Shown here in pieces: positions 9,856 through 18,459 of a stretch of DNA of 39,161 bases; the stretch's first letter is position 1; each line of letters opens with the position of its first letter. Both the position numbers and the translations under genes were made by a program. Origin of the DNA: an uncultured Oscillospiraceae bacterium (lineage in GTDB: Bacteria > Bacillota > Clostridia > Saccharofermentanales > UBA5734). The DNA lies in assembly GCA_964572095.1 (NCBI GenBank), contig CAZNGQ010000001.1, positions 1-39,161 on the forward strand. Reading direction: 5' to 3'. The notes under the pieces are model-generated. The model did not search any database and had not been told where the DNA came from. It worked only from the letters and a program-made list of their open reading frames with translations.

Positions 9856-10676
9856 ACCTGCGCAGGATCCACTCGAAAAATGCGGACTTCCAAAAGTTCG
9901 AAGTCTTGAAGACCAACCGGAACAAACGGCATCGATACGGAGAGTTCTTCGTCGAGGGCGTCCGCAACATCAACGAGGCGATCCGGAACGGCTGGCGGAT
10001 CAGCGCGTTCCTGTACTCGCCTGACAAACCCCTGTCCCGATGGGCCCGGGGCATCCTGGACTCGGTGGAGGCGGACACGGTCTTCGAGCTGCCGGCGGCC
10101 TTGATGGAAGAGCTGAGCGGCAAGGAGGACACATCGGAACTGCTGGCCGTCATCCGGATGCGCGAGGACGACACCTCCGGCCTGCGGTTGTCGGATAAAC
10201 CTGTTCTGGCGCTGCTTGACCGGCCGTCCAACCGCGGCAACCTCGGGACCATCATCCGGTCGTGCGACGCGCTCGGGGTCGAAGCGCTCCTGATCACCGG
10301 CCATGCGGTCGACCTGTACGACCCCGACACCGTCGTCTCCACCATGGGGTCCCTGTTCAGCGTACCGGTGGTGCGCATGGCGGAGAACGCGGAGGCGGAG
10401 CGCTTTTTTCTGCAGATGAAAGAGCGGTATCCGGACTTTGCGATCATCGGGACCTCCGCGCACGCGGAAACCGCCCTGTTTGACATCGACATGGATCGGC
10501 CGCTGCTGTTCCTCATCGGGAACGAGACCGACGGGCTCAGCAGCCGCTATCTCGAGCGGTGTGACGTGGTGGGCCGGATCCCGCACGCGTTGGATTCCGC
10601 CGCCACATCGCTCAATGTCGCATGCGCCGCGACGGCGATGTTCTACGAAGCGATCCGGCAGCGTGCGATTTCGTAA
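9852..10676 (+). CDS. SpoU/TrmH-family RNA 2'-O-methyltransferase
   Basis: SPOUT motifs SNRGNLGTIIRSCDALG, IGNETDGLS and SLNVACAATAMFYE. The start ATG overlaps the GNAT stop. Confidence 0.8.
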   Translation: MNLRRIHSKNADFQKFEVLKTNRNKRHRYGEFFVEGVRNINEAIRNGWRISAFLYSPDKPLSRWARGILDSVEADTVFELPAALMEELSGKEDTSELLAVIRMREDDTSGLRLSDKPVLALLDRPSNRGNLGTIIRSCDALGVEALLITGHAVDLYDPDTVVSTMGSLFSVPVVRMAENAEAERFFLQMKERYPDFAIIGTSAHAETALFDIDMDRPLLFLIGNETDGLSSRYLERCDVVGRIPHALDSAATSLNVACAATAMFYEAIRQRAIS

Positions 10677-10767
10677 GTGTATTTTTCCGTAACGCCTGTC
10701 ACAAAACGGTTGGATGTCGTATAATCTTAGTGATAGTTGAACTGACACACGATCGGGGGAACCAAAC

Positions 10768-11499
10768 ATGCGTAAAGTCTGTGACGAACTCGCGGGAACC
10801 GCTCTTTTCCGCGGCCTCAAGCACGAATTCTTTGAACCTTTCTGCCTGATGACCTCCATCCGCCTGGTCTGGAAGGGCGAGATCCTGATCCACGAAGGCG
10901 ACCTGTGCGGATTTGTCGGCATCGTCGCCGAAGGCCAGCTGGCCATGCAGCGGTACACCGGGGCCGGCGACGCCTACACGCTGGGGCTGATGGGGCCGGG
11001 CGACATCATCGGCAGCGACATGGTGTTCGGGACGGACCATATCTGCCCGATGACGATCGAGGCCGTCACCAACAGCAAGGTCATCATTTTGTCCAACGAC
11101 TTGCTGAAGCGCATGATGCAGGCCCGCCAGGGGGTCGAGATGAACTTCATCCAGGTGTTGTCCGACCGCATCCATGTCCAGAACAAGCGCATCTCGCTGC
11201 TGTCGCAGAAAAGCCTGCGGCAGAAGATCGCATTCTACCTGCTGGACCTCGACAGCGAGGAAAGGCGGCGCAAGGCCGCGGCCAGCCTGTCGTCCAAGCG
11301 TCTGCCGGGACCGGCCCAGGTGAGGCTGCCCGCGTCCAAGGAAGTCGTGTCGCGGCTCCTGGCCATGCCCCGCCCCTCGTTCTCACGCGAACTGATCAAC
11401 ATGGAAAAAGACGGGCTGATCCGCGTCAACGGCCGGAACATCCAGATCGTCTCCCCGGATCGGCTGGAGCAGGATGTCCTCGAAAACCTGACCAATTGA
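10768..11499 (+). CDS. Crp/Fnr-family transcriptional regulator
   Basis: N-terminal cNMP-binding-like beta-roll (LFRGL...GD..GFVGIVAEGQL) and a C-terminal HTH (SRELINMEKDGLI). Confidence 0.8.
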   Translation: MRKVCDELAGTALFRGLKHEFFEPFCLMTSIRLVWKGEILIHEGDLCGFVGIVAEGQLAMQRYTGAGDAYTLGLMGPGDIIGSDMVFGTDHICPMTIEAVTNSKVIILSNDLLKRMMQARQGVEMNFIQVLSDRIHVQNKRISLLSQKSLRQKIAFYLLDLDSEERRRKAAASLSSKRLPGPAQVRLPASKEVVSRLLAMPRPSFSRELINMEKDGLIRVNGRNIQIVSPDRLEQDVLENLTN

Positions 11500-11512
11500 A
11501 GGAGCCGAGCGC

Positions 11513-12880
11513 ATGATTTTTTCTATGAGCGATGTTTTCAGCAACATGGGCGATTTTTTCACCCAGTTGTTCAACAGCATCTCCAGCGGCATCGTGTTCT
11601 TCGGCGGTCCGATCGACATCGTCCTCAACATGGTCGACATCCTCGTCACGACGCTCGTCATCTACTATATCCTGCGCATCATGGCCGACACGCGCGCGTG
11701 GCAGCTGCTGCGCGGCATCATCCTGATCCTGATCCTGACCCTGATGTGCGACATTTTCGGACTCGTCACCATCGGCTATATCCTCAACAATTCCATCTCG
11801 GTGTTGGCGATCGCGTTCGTCGTCGTGTTCCAGCCGGAGCTGCGGCGCGCGCTCGAAACGGTGGGACGCAACACCTTCCATATCCTGCCGTCCCGACTGA
11901 GCCTGGACGAGGAGGTCAACCCCACATCTATCCATAAAACGATCGAGTCCATCGTCCTCGCCTGTGAGAAGATGGCGGCGACCTATACCGGGGCGCTGAT
12001 CATCATCGAGCGGTCCACCCGCCTCGGCGAGCTGCTTGTCCAGGAAAACGTCGTCACGCTGGATTCCAACCTGAGCGCTACCGCCCTCATGCAGATTTTC
12101 TACAAGGGGTCGCCGCTCCATGACGGCGCAGTGCTGATCCGCAACGGCAGGATCTATGCCGCCCGCTGCCATGTTCCCCTGTCGGACAACTACCACCTGA
12201 GACGGGACTACGGCACCCGGCATCGCGCGGCCGTCGGGGTCAGCGAGATGGGCGACGCCATCGCGGTCGTGGTTTCCGAGGAACGCGGCGCGATTTCGGT
12301 CGCGCTGGACGGCCGGCTGTTCACTCTGGACAACGCCGACGCCCTGCGCACCCTGCTGCACAAGCTGATGGCCACGGAAAAGCGGACGGGCGGCGTATTC
12401 TCCAGCATCATCGGCAAGGGCCGCAGGATCATCCGTGACGAAGGGGCGGAAATCCCCGTCGCAGACGGATCGATCGAGAAACCCCACATGCCCAAGAAGC
12501 GCAAACGGCTTCTGCTGGTGGCGTCATTGGCCATATCCGTGTTTGTCTGGCTGTTTGTCCAGACGACGACCAACCCGGTCGAGACCCGCCAGTATACGGT
12601 GGCGCTCGAGACGAGGGGGGTCGAGGCCCTCCAGGAGAAAGGGCTTCAGGTCGAGTATCCCATAACGCAGGTGACGGTCGACGTGCGGGGGCGGCTCCAG
12701 AATTTCGACAAGCTGTCCACCCTGGACATCACCGCATATATCGATGTGTCCGGAATCAAGGACCCCGCCGTCCAGACCCTCGATATCGGCATCGCCATCT
12801 CGTCGGTGATGCACTTCGAGGAAGGGCCGGTCAAACCCGGCACCATTACGGTGAACGTCTACAAGCCCTCCGGGTCCTGA
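11513..12880 (+). CDS. cdaA: diadenylate cyclase CdaA fused to a TM helix plus a single YbbR-like (CdaR-type) domain
   Basis: Three N-terminal TM helices. DAC-domain motifs LHDGAVLI (DGA) and GTRHRAA (RHR). With no intervening stop the frame continues into KKRKRLLLVASLAISVFVWLF (TM helix) and about 95 aa of YbbR-like beta-rich sequence. Confidence 0.85.
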   Translation: MIFSMSDVFSNMGDFFTQLFNSISSGIVFFGGPIDIVLNMVDILVTTLVIYYILRIMADTRAWQLLRGIILILILTLMCDIFGLVTIGYILNNSISVLAIAFVVVFQPELRRALETVGRNTFHILPSRLSLDEEVNPTSIHKTIESIVLACEKMAATYTGALIIIERSTRLGELLVQENVVTLDSNLSATALMQIFYKGSPLHDGAVLIRNGRIYAARCHVPLSDNYHLRRDYGTRHRAAVGVSEMGDAIAVVVSEERGAISVALDGRLFTLDNADALRTLLHKLMATEKRTGGVFSSIIGKGRRIIRDEGAEIPVADGSIEKPHMPKKRKRLLLVASLAISVFVWLFVQTTTNPVETRQYTVALETRGVEALQEKGLQVEYPITQVTVDVRGRLQNFDKLSTLDITAYIDVSGIKDPAVQTLDIGIAISSVMHFEEGPVKPGTITVNVYKPSGS

Positions 12881-12895
12881 CGCTCCCCGGGGATA

Positions 12896-12904
12896 TGGTA
12901 TAAT
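12896..12904 (+). promoter_or_regulatory. candidate extended -10 element (TGgTATAAT) ahead of glmM
   Basis: TGGTATAAT lies about 28 nt upstream of the glmM ATG in the 51-nt cdaA-glmM spacer. Confidence 0.4.
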
Positions 12905-12931
12905 CGGAAAAAATCACGACAAGAGGTACCC

Positions 12932-14278
12932 ATGGGCAGACTTTTCGGAACCGACGGCGTACGTGGCGTCGCCAACCGCGAATTGACACCGGAACTGGCG
13001 TTCAGCCTTGGCTGCGCGGGAGCGGCGGTCCTGGCCGGGCATGTCAGCCATCGTCCCCGGATCCTGATCGGCATGGATACGCGCGTCTCGTGCTCGATGC
13101 TGGAGGCGGCGCTGTCCGCGGGGCTATGCTCGGCAGGCGCCGACGCGGTGTCCTGCGGGGTGATCCCCACCCCGGGGATCGCCTTCCTGACCCCGGCCTA
13201 TGGCTGCGATGCCGGCATCGTGATCTCGGCCTCCCACAACACGTTTGAATTCAACGGCATCAAGTTCTTCGACGCGAACGGGTATAAGCTGCCGGACAGC
13301 GTCGAGGACGAGATCGAGGCGATGATCGCCGCACAGGCCTATCCCGCACGGCCCGACCGGGAGGGTGTCGGCCGCTGCAGCCGCCATGGCGAGGCCGCGG
13401 CGGATTACGCCCGGCATCTCCGTCAGGCCGCAGGCGGCGACCTGGCGGGACTACTGATCGCCATGGACTGCGCGAACGGCGCCGCGAGCGGCATCGCGCC
13501 CGCGCTGTTCCGGGAACTGGGCGCGCAGGTGCTTACGATCGGCGACAGTCCGGACGGGACCAACATCAACGACGGCTGCGGATCCACCCACCTGACCGGT
13601 CTGGCCCATCTGGTCCGCGAGCAGGAATGCTCGATCGGCATCGCGTTCGACGGCGACGCTGACCGCATGCTGGCGGTGGACGAGTACGGCGATCCGGTCG
13701 ACGGGGACATCATCATGGCCATCATCGCCGATGATCTCCGCCGGCAGGGCCGTCTGGCCGGGGACACGCTGGTCGTCACCGTCATGAGCAATATGGGCCT
13801 GGACATCGCCGCGGGCGAACTGGGAATCCGGCTGGAAAAGACCCGGGTCGGCGACCGGTACGTGCTCGAGGCGATGGTCGCCGGCGGGTTTTCGGTCGGC
13901 GGCGAGCAATCCGGGCATGTCATCCTGCTCGACCACGCCACCACGGGCGACGGCATGCTGTCCGCGCTGCACCTGCTGCAGGCGCTCCGGAACCGCGGCC
14001 AGACGCTGGGCCAGGCGAGAAAAATCATGGCGGTGCTGCCGCAGGTGCTCAAGAGCGCCCGGATCCCCAACGGGAACAAGGACCAGGCCATGGCGGATCC
14101 CGAGATCCTCGCCCTGTGCGCCGACACCGAAAAGGAACTTGCCGGCCGCGGCCGGGTGCTTGTCCGCGCTTCCGGCACGGAACCCATCGTCCGAGTCATG
14201 CTCGAGGGGGAGGACATCGTCCGGATCACCTCGATGGCGGAACGGATCGTTTCCAGGATTGTGGAAAAACACGGTTGA
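12932..14278 (+). CDS. glmM: phosphoglucosamine mutase
   Basis: N-terminal FGTDGVRG and phosphoserine loop ISASHNTFEFNGIK. Length 448 aa. Conserved position downstream of cdaA. Confidence 0.95.
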   Translation: MGRLFGTDGVRGVANRELTPELAFSLGCAGAAVLAGHVSHRPRILIGMDTRVSCSMLEAALSAGLCSAGADAVSCGVIPTPGIAFLTPAYGCDAGIVISASHNTFEFNGIKFFDANGYKLPDSVEDEIEAMIAAQAYPARPDREGVGRCSRHGEAAADYARHLRQAAGGDLAGLLIAMDCANGAASGIAPALFRELGAQVLTIGDSPDGTNINDGCGSTHLTGLAHLVREQECSIGIAFDGDADRMLAVDEYGDPVDGDIIMAIIADDLRRQGRLAGDTLVVTVMSNMGLDIAAGELGIRLEKTRVGDRYVLEAMVAGGFSVGGEQSGHVILLDHATTGDGMLSALHLLQALRNRGQTLGQARKIMAVLPQVLKSARIPNGNKDQAMADPEILALCADTEKELAGRGRVLVRASGTEPIVRVMLEGEDIVRITSMAERIVSRIVEKHG

Positions 14279-14327
14279 GTTCCGGTCTCATGAGGATCGG
14301 GGCCATTTCAACAAGGCGGTGACGAAT

Positions 14328-16175
14328 ATGTGTGGCATTGTCGGCTATATCGGCAGGCAGGAAGCGATTCCCGTTCTGATCGATTCCCTCGGAAAACTGG
14401 AATACCGCGGCTACGACTCGGCCGGGGTCGCGTTCATCGACAAGGACGGCCTGACGGTCGTCAAGCGCAAGGGCAGGCTTTCCGTGCTGGCGGACGAACT
14501 CAAGGCGACCGGCCGCATGGACGACGGGGACATCCACATCGGCATCGGGCATACCCGCTGGGCGACCCACGGCGCGCCCAGTGACGAGAATTCCCATCCG
14601 CACCTGTCCAACAGCGGCCGCATTGCGGTGGTCCACAATGGCATCATCGAGAATTTCGTGGAGCTTCGGGACTATCTGGTCTCCCTCGGGTACGTTTTCC
14701 GTTCCGAAACCGACACCGAAGTCATCTCCCACCTTGTGGAGCACCACTACACCGGACGCGAGAAAGGGAACCTGCTGCAATCCGTCCTCGAAACCCTGCA
14801 GGAGATCGAGGGTACCTATGCGCTTGGCGTGATCTGCAGCGACACGCCGGACCTGTTCATCGCGGCCCGCAAGGACAGCCCGCTGGTCATCGGCCTCGGC
14901 GAGGGCGGCAACTTCATCGCCTCCGACATCCCGGCCATTCTGCAGCACACGCGTGAGGTCATCATCCTTGAGGACCGCGAGGTCGCGGAGATCCGGTCGA
15001 ACGGCGTCCGGGTGTTCGACGCGCTCGGGCACGGCGTCAGCCGCCAGCCCATGCATGTCGACTGGGATGTCGACGCCGCGGAAAAAGGCGGCTTCGAGCA
15101 TTTCATGATCAAGGAGATCCACGAGGAACCCCGTGCCGTACGCGACACCATCGGGCCTCGCATCCGGGACGGGCGCATCACGCTGCCGGACTTCCCGCTG
15201 ACGCGCGAACGCCTTCAGAACTGTGACATGATCCATATCATCGCCTGCGGGACGGCGTATCACGCCGGCATGGTCGGCAAGTACCTGTTCGAGAGGCTGT
15301 GCCGGATCCCGGTCAGCGTCGACGTGGCTTCGGAGTTCCGCTACCGCGACCCGATCGTGACGGACCGGAGCATCGCCCTGATCATCAGCCAGTCCGGCGA
15401 AACCCTGGACACGCTGGTCGCCATGCGCGTAGCCCGTGAAAAAGGCGCCATCTGTGTCGCCATCGTCAATGTCGTCGGCAGTTCCATCGCCCGCGAAGCC
15501 GATTATGTGCTTTACACGCACGCCGGCCCCGAGATCGCGGTCGCCTCGACAAAAGCCTACAATACCCAGCTGGCGGCGTTGTACCTGCTGTCGCTCCATG
15601 CGGCGGATCGGATCGGGAGCATTGAGCCGGACGACTACAACCGATATGTGGCCGCATTGTCGGGAATCCCGGACAAGCTGGACGAACTGCTGAAATCCAA
15701 GGAAGACATCCAACGGTTCGCGGCCGGTCACTACAATGCGAAGAGCGTGTTTTTCATTGGCCGCGGACTCGACTACGCCCTGTCGATGGAGTCCTCGCTC
15801 AAACTCAAGGAAATCTCCTACATCCATTCGGAAGCCTATCCGGGCGGCGAACTCAAGCATGGTACGATCGCCCTGATCGAGGAAGGCACACTGGTTGTCT
15901 GCCCCATGACCCAGCCGGCGCTGATCGACAAGATGATCGGAAACGTCCGGGAGGTCAAGGCCCGGGGCGCCATCGTGCTCGGGATCGTCGCCGACAGCAT
16001 GGTGCGGGCTTGCGACGTCTGCGACGAGTCGTTCCTGCTTCCGGAAACGGATCCGCTGCTCACGCCGATTCTGGCTGTAACGCCGGCCCAGCTGTTCGCC
16101 TATTATGTCGCCGTCTACAAAGGCTGCGACGTGGACAAGCCCCGTAACCTGGCAAAGAGCGTGACGGTCGAATAG
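14328..16175 (+). CDS. glmS: glutamine--fructose-6-phosphate aminotransferase
   Basis: Starts MCGIVGY (Ntn catalytic Cys2) and ends ...NLAKSVTVE. Contains two SIS domains. The 752-aa track ORF is an in-frame upstream extension that overlaps glmM. Confidence 0.95.
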   Translation: MCGIVGYIGRQEAIPVLIDSLGKLEYRGYDSAGVAFIDKDGLTVVKRKGRLSVLADELKATGRMDDGDIHIGIGHTRWATHGAPSDENSHPHLSNSGRIAVVHNGIIENFVELRDYLVSLGYVFRSETDTEVISHLVEHHYTGREKGNLLQSVLETLQEIEGTYALGVICSDTPDLFIAARKDSPLVIGLGEGGNFIASDIPAILQHTREVIILEDREVAEIRSNGVRVFDALGHGVSRQPMHVDWDVDAAEKGGFEHFMIKEIHEEPRAVRDTIGPRIRDGRITLPDFPLTRERLQNCDMIHIIACGTAYHAGMVGKYLFERLCRIPVSVDVASEFRYRDPIVTDRSIALIISQSGETLDTLVAMRVAREKGAICVAIVNVVGSSIAREADYVLYTHAGPEIAVASTKAYNTQLAALYLLSLHAADRIGSIEPDDYNRYVAALSGIPDKLDELLKSKEDIQRFAAGHYNAKSVFFIGRGLDYALSMESSLKLKEISYIHSEAYPGGELKHGTIALIEEGTLVVCPMTQPALIDKMIGNVREVKARGAIVLGIVADSMVRACDVCDESFLLPETDPLLTPILAVTPAQLFAYYVAVYKGCDVDKPRNLAKSVTVE

Positions 16176-16211
16176 GGGCGATCACCCGGAGCGGGTTGCC
16201 GTTTGTAAAGC

Positions 16212-16244
16212 AAGGCCGTCCGGTTTGAACCGGGCGGCCTTTTA
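16212..16244 (+). terminator. rho-independent terminator after glmS
   Basis: GGCCGTCCGG-TTTGAA-CCGGGCGGCC (one G-U pair) followed by TTTT. Confidence 0.7.
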
Positions 16245-16258
16245 GCGGATCTGTGCGG

Positions 16259-17062
16259 TCAGTTCACATCGCCGATATTCATGGTGATGCCTTGATTGTC
16301 GAAATAGTACATGTTGTCATTGTATTGAATCGGAATGCTCAGGCTGCCGACCAGCTCCCTGCCGTCATCGCTCTCCAGATAGGCGTTGATCGTCACCGCC
16401 ATGTCGGCTGTCGGTTCCGGCACGATATCGGAATCGTTGAACGGCGACCAGATGTACTGGCGATCATAGGTCACCTCGTATCCCAGAACCGTCATGATCC
16501 CGTATTTCGAATCGATATCCACCTGCGGCGGGATCTCCTGGGAGACGATGCTGCCCGAACTGGCCAGCACCTCATACAAGAGCTTTCCCTGGGACTCGAG
16601 ATCCCTGCCCATCGCGGCGACAAACTCCAGCCCTCTCCGGGAAGACATCGAAAGCGTGTAGAAATTGTCGACACAGGAGAAACAGATCCCTTCGCTGTTG
16701 ATCTGGATGCCCCAGTAAGCTTCATCCAGTTCGGAACCGGGTTTCGTGAACCGGGTGACCGGGTTCCTGGCTGCCGTCGGGACGATGTACGGATCGGAGG
16801 TTTCCGTACCGGTTCCCGGGCCGGCTGCCGGCCATCGGGCCCGGATCCATCCGAAGCCGCCGGCTGCCTGGAACGCGACGACGACCACCAGTACGGTGAG
16901 CGCGGCATTGACCGCCAATGGCCAGCGGGGATGGCTGCGGCTGGTGCGGAGGACTGTGTCCGGAACGGCTTCGGAACGGATGCGCAGAATGGTTTTCCGT
17001 TTCAGGTCCATCGAGGGGCGGATCCTGTCCAGCACCCTGCGGATGTCGTCATCAGGTTTCAT
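16259..17062 (-). CDS. putative anti-sigma factor: single-pass membrane protein with an unrecognised extracytoplasmic domain
   Basis: Overlaps the 3' end of the ECF sigma gene. It has a short cytoplasmic N-terminus, one TM helix (LAVNAALTVLVVVVAFQAAGGFG) and a C-terminal domain of about 180 aa with no motif I recognise. No HxxxCxxC zinc motif. The start could be 17080 or 17062. Confidence 0.5.
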   Translation of the reverse strand: MKPDDDIRRVLDRIRPSMDLKRKTILRIRSEAVPDTVLRTSRSHPRWPLAVNAALTVLVVVVAFQAAGGFGWIRARWPAAGPGTGTETSDPYIVPTAARNPVTRFTKPGSELDEAYWGIQINSEGICFSCVDNFYTLSMSSRRGLEFVAAMGRDLESQGKLLYEVLASSGSIVSQEIPPQVDIDSKYGIMTVLGYEVTYDRQYIWSPFNDSDIVPEPTADMAVTINAYLESDDGRELVGSLSIPIQYNDNMYYFDNQGITMNIGDVN

Positions 17063-17594
17063 AATTCCATTCACCCCCATGCGGGCGGCCCAGCTTTGCC
17101 CGCGCGCGCTTCAAGCGGCTTCGTACCGTCGATTCCGTGATGTGGAGCAGACGGGCGATCTCCGGAGTCTCCATCTCGAACCAGGCTTTGAGGAGCAGCA
17201 CCTCGCGATAACGGAGGGGCAGGTGGAGGACCTTATCCAAAAGCCGGCTTTCCGACTCCCTAAATTCCAGCCCTGCCTGCAGATCCTCCGGATCCCATGG
17301 CCCGGAGTCGCCCTCATCGCCGCCGATCTCGTCCCGGTATTCCGCACGCGTCCGGAACCACGAGCTGCGCAGCAGGTCCCGGCAGGTGTTGCGGGCAATC
17401 TGCAGGATCCACGCGCGTACATCCGAGTCGCCGCGGTAGGTGTCCCACTTCTCGATCGCTTTGAGAAACGTGTCCTGGAAGGCGTCGTCCGCCAGCCCGT
17501 AACGTCCGAGATAGACGTAGCAGACCTTGTAGACGTCGTTTCCCTGCGTTTCGACCAGGGTCTCCATATCGGGTCCGATGCGTGTTGCGGCCAC
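17052..17594 (-). CDS. ECF-type RNA polymerase sigma-70 family factor
   Basis: Region 2 (FLKAIEKWDTYRGDSDVRAWILQIARNTCRDLLRS) and region 4 HTH (PLRYREVLLLKAWFEMETPEIARLLHITESTVRSRLKRAR). GTG start behind GGAGGA. Confidence 0.85.
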   Translation of the reverse strand: MAATRIGPDMETLVETQGNDVYKVCYVYLGRYGLADDAFQDTFLKAIEKWDTYRGDSDVRAWILQIARNTCRDLLRSSWFRTRAEYRDEIGGDEGDSGPWDPEDLQAGLEFRESESRLLDKVLHLPLRYREVLLLKAWFEMETPEIARLLHITESTVRSRLKRARAKLGRPHGGEWNYET

Positions 17595-17626
17595 ACTCTC
17601 CTCCGGGAACCGGTTCTATCCATAGG

Positions 17627-17652
17627 ACGGATGCGGGTTGCTGCGCGTTGCA
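17627..17652 (-). promoter_or_regulatory. possible ECF-type autoregulated promoter (TGCAAC-N17-CGTC)
   Basis: The minus strand reads tgCAAC, 17 nt, then CGTCcta about 30 nt upstream of the sigma-gene start. Match to the GGAAC/CGTC consensus is loose. Confidence 0.3.
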
Positions 17653-17729
17653 GCGGGGTACCCTTATTCTAGCCCGAACAGGTGCAACGCAGATGAAACA
17701 CTTTCCTCCGCAATGCGGAAAAACGAGTG

Positions 17730-17738
17730 TGATATAAT
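17730..17738 (+). promoter_or_regulatory. candidate extended -10 element (TGaTATAAT)
   Basis: TGATATAAT lies about 35 nt upstream of the ATG at 17773. Confidence 0.35.
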
Positions 17739-17772
17739 GCGATCAAACTTTTCTCCCGGAGGCCACTTCTGT

Positions 17773-18459
17773 ATGGAAAGCCCGTTGAATTCCATTCGGA
17801 CCGGCATGTTGCTCGATCTTGGACAGACCATTGCCGCAGCGCTGTTTGACAGCATCGAATATCCCTGGCAGGCCTTGGGCGGCATCCGGGATTTCATTCT
17901 GCTGACCGGCCCGTCGCTGCCCGCGGATCTGTACGACCGGGCCGGCGAGGATGTCTGGATCGCGCGCAGCGCCACGGTCGCGCCGACCGCCTGCATCCAG
18001 GGCCCGACCATCATCTGTGATAAGGCGGAGATCCGCCACGCCGCTTTCATCCGCGGCTGCGCGATCGTCGGCCGGGAATGTGTCGTCGGCAATTCGACGG
18101 AACTGAAAAACTCGATTTTGTTCAATGGCGTGCAGGTCCCGCATTTCAATTACATCGGCGACTCCATCCTGGGGTACCACTCCCATCTCGGCGCCGGCGC
18201 AATCACGTCCAATGTGAAATCCGACCGTTCGATGATCCGTCTGACCATCGGCGGCACGCGGCTGGAGACGGGACTCCGGAAATTCGGCGCCATTGTGGGC
18301 GACGACGTCGAAGTCGGCTGCAACTGCGTTCTCAACCCGGGCACGGTGATCGGCAGGAGAAGCAGCGTCTATCCGCTGACAATGGTCCGGGGTGTCGTAC
18401 CGCCCGACAGCATCGTGAAGTCCCGACGCGAAACCGTCCGGCGCGAATCGCATGACTGA
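17773..18459 (+). CDS. left-handed beta-helix (hexapeptide-repeat) acyltransferase, GlmU C-terminal-domain-like
   Basis: Consecutive hexapeptide repeats (IGDSILGYHSHLGAGAITSN..., VGDDVEVGCNCVLNPGTVIG). GGAGG lies 10 nt upstream of the ATG at 17773. The track ORF start at 17638 has no RBS. Confidence 0.65.
   Translation: MESPLNSIRTGMLLDLGQTIAAALFDSIEYPWQALGGIRDFILLTGPSLPADLYDRAGEDVWIARSATVAPTACIQGPTIICDKAEIRHAAFIRGCAIVGRECVVGNSTELKNSILFNGVQVPHFNYIGDSILGYHSHLGAGAITSNVKSDRSMIRLTIGGTRLETGLRKFGAIVGDDVEVGCNCVLNPGTVIGRRSSVYPLTMVRGVVPPDSIVKSRRETVRRESHD

Noticed and set aside
10677-10767. Possible Crp/FNR-type palindrome (TGTGA-N6-TCACA or TTGAT-N4-ATCAA) upstream of the Crp/Fnr gene.
   Set aside because: Only half-site-like fragments (TGTCACA, TGACACA) are present and their spacing does not fit either consensus.
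12488-12880. A separate small cdaR gene starting at the internal ATG (MPKKRKRLLL...).
   Set aside because: It is in the same frame as cdaA with no upstream stop codon and no obvious RBS, so I call a single fused ORF. Independent internal initiation cannot be excluded.
13917-14327. N-terminal 137-codon extension of the glmS ORF (752 aa in the track).
   Set aside because: It overlaps the 3' third of glmM in another frame. GlmS must begin Met-Cys (MCGIVGY at 14328), because Cys2 becomes the N-terminal nucleophile.
14279-14327. Looked for a glmS ribozyme upstream of glmS.
   Set aside because: Only about 50 nt of spacer is available and none of the conserved ribozyme core is visible.
17111-17623. 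170-aa ORF overlapping the ECF sigma gene in another frame.
   Set aside because: The alternative frame (17052..17594) carries unmistakable sigma-70 region 2 and region 4 motifs. This frame is Arg/Ser/Thr-rich with no motif.
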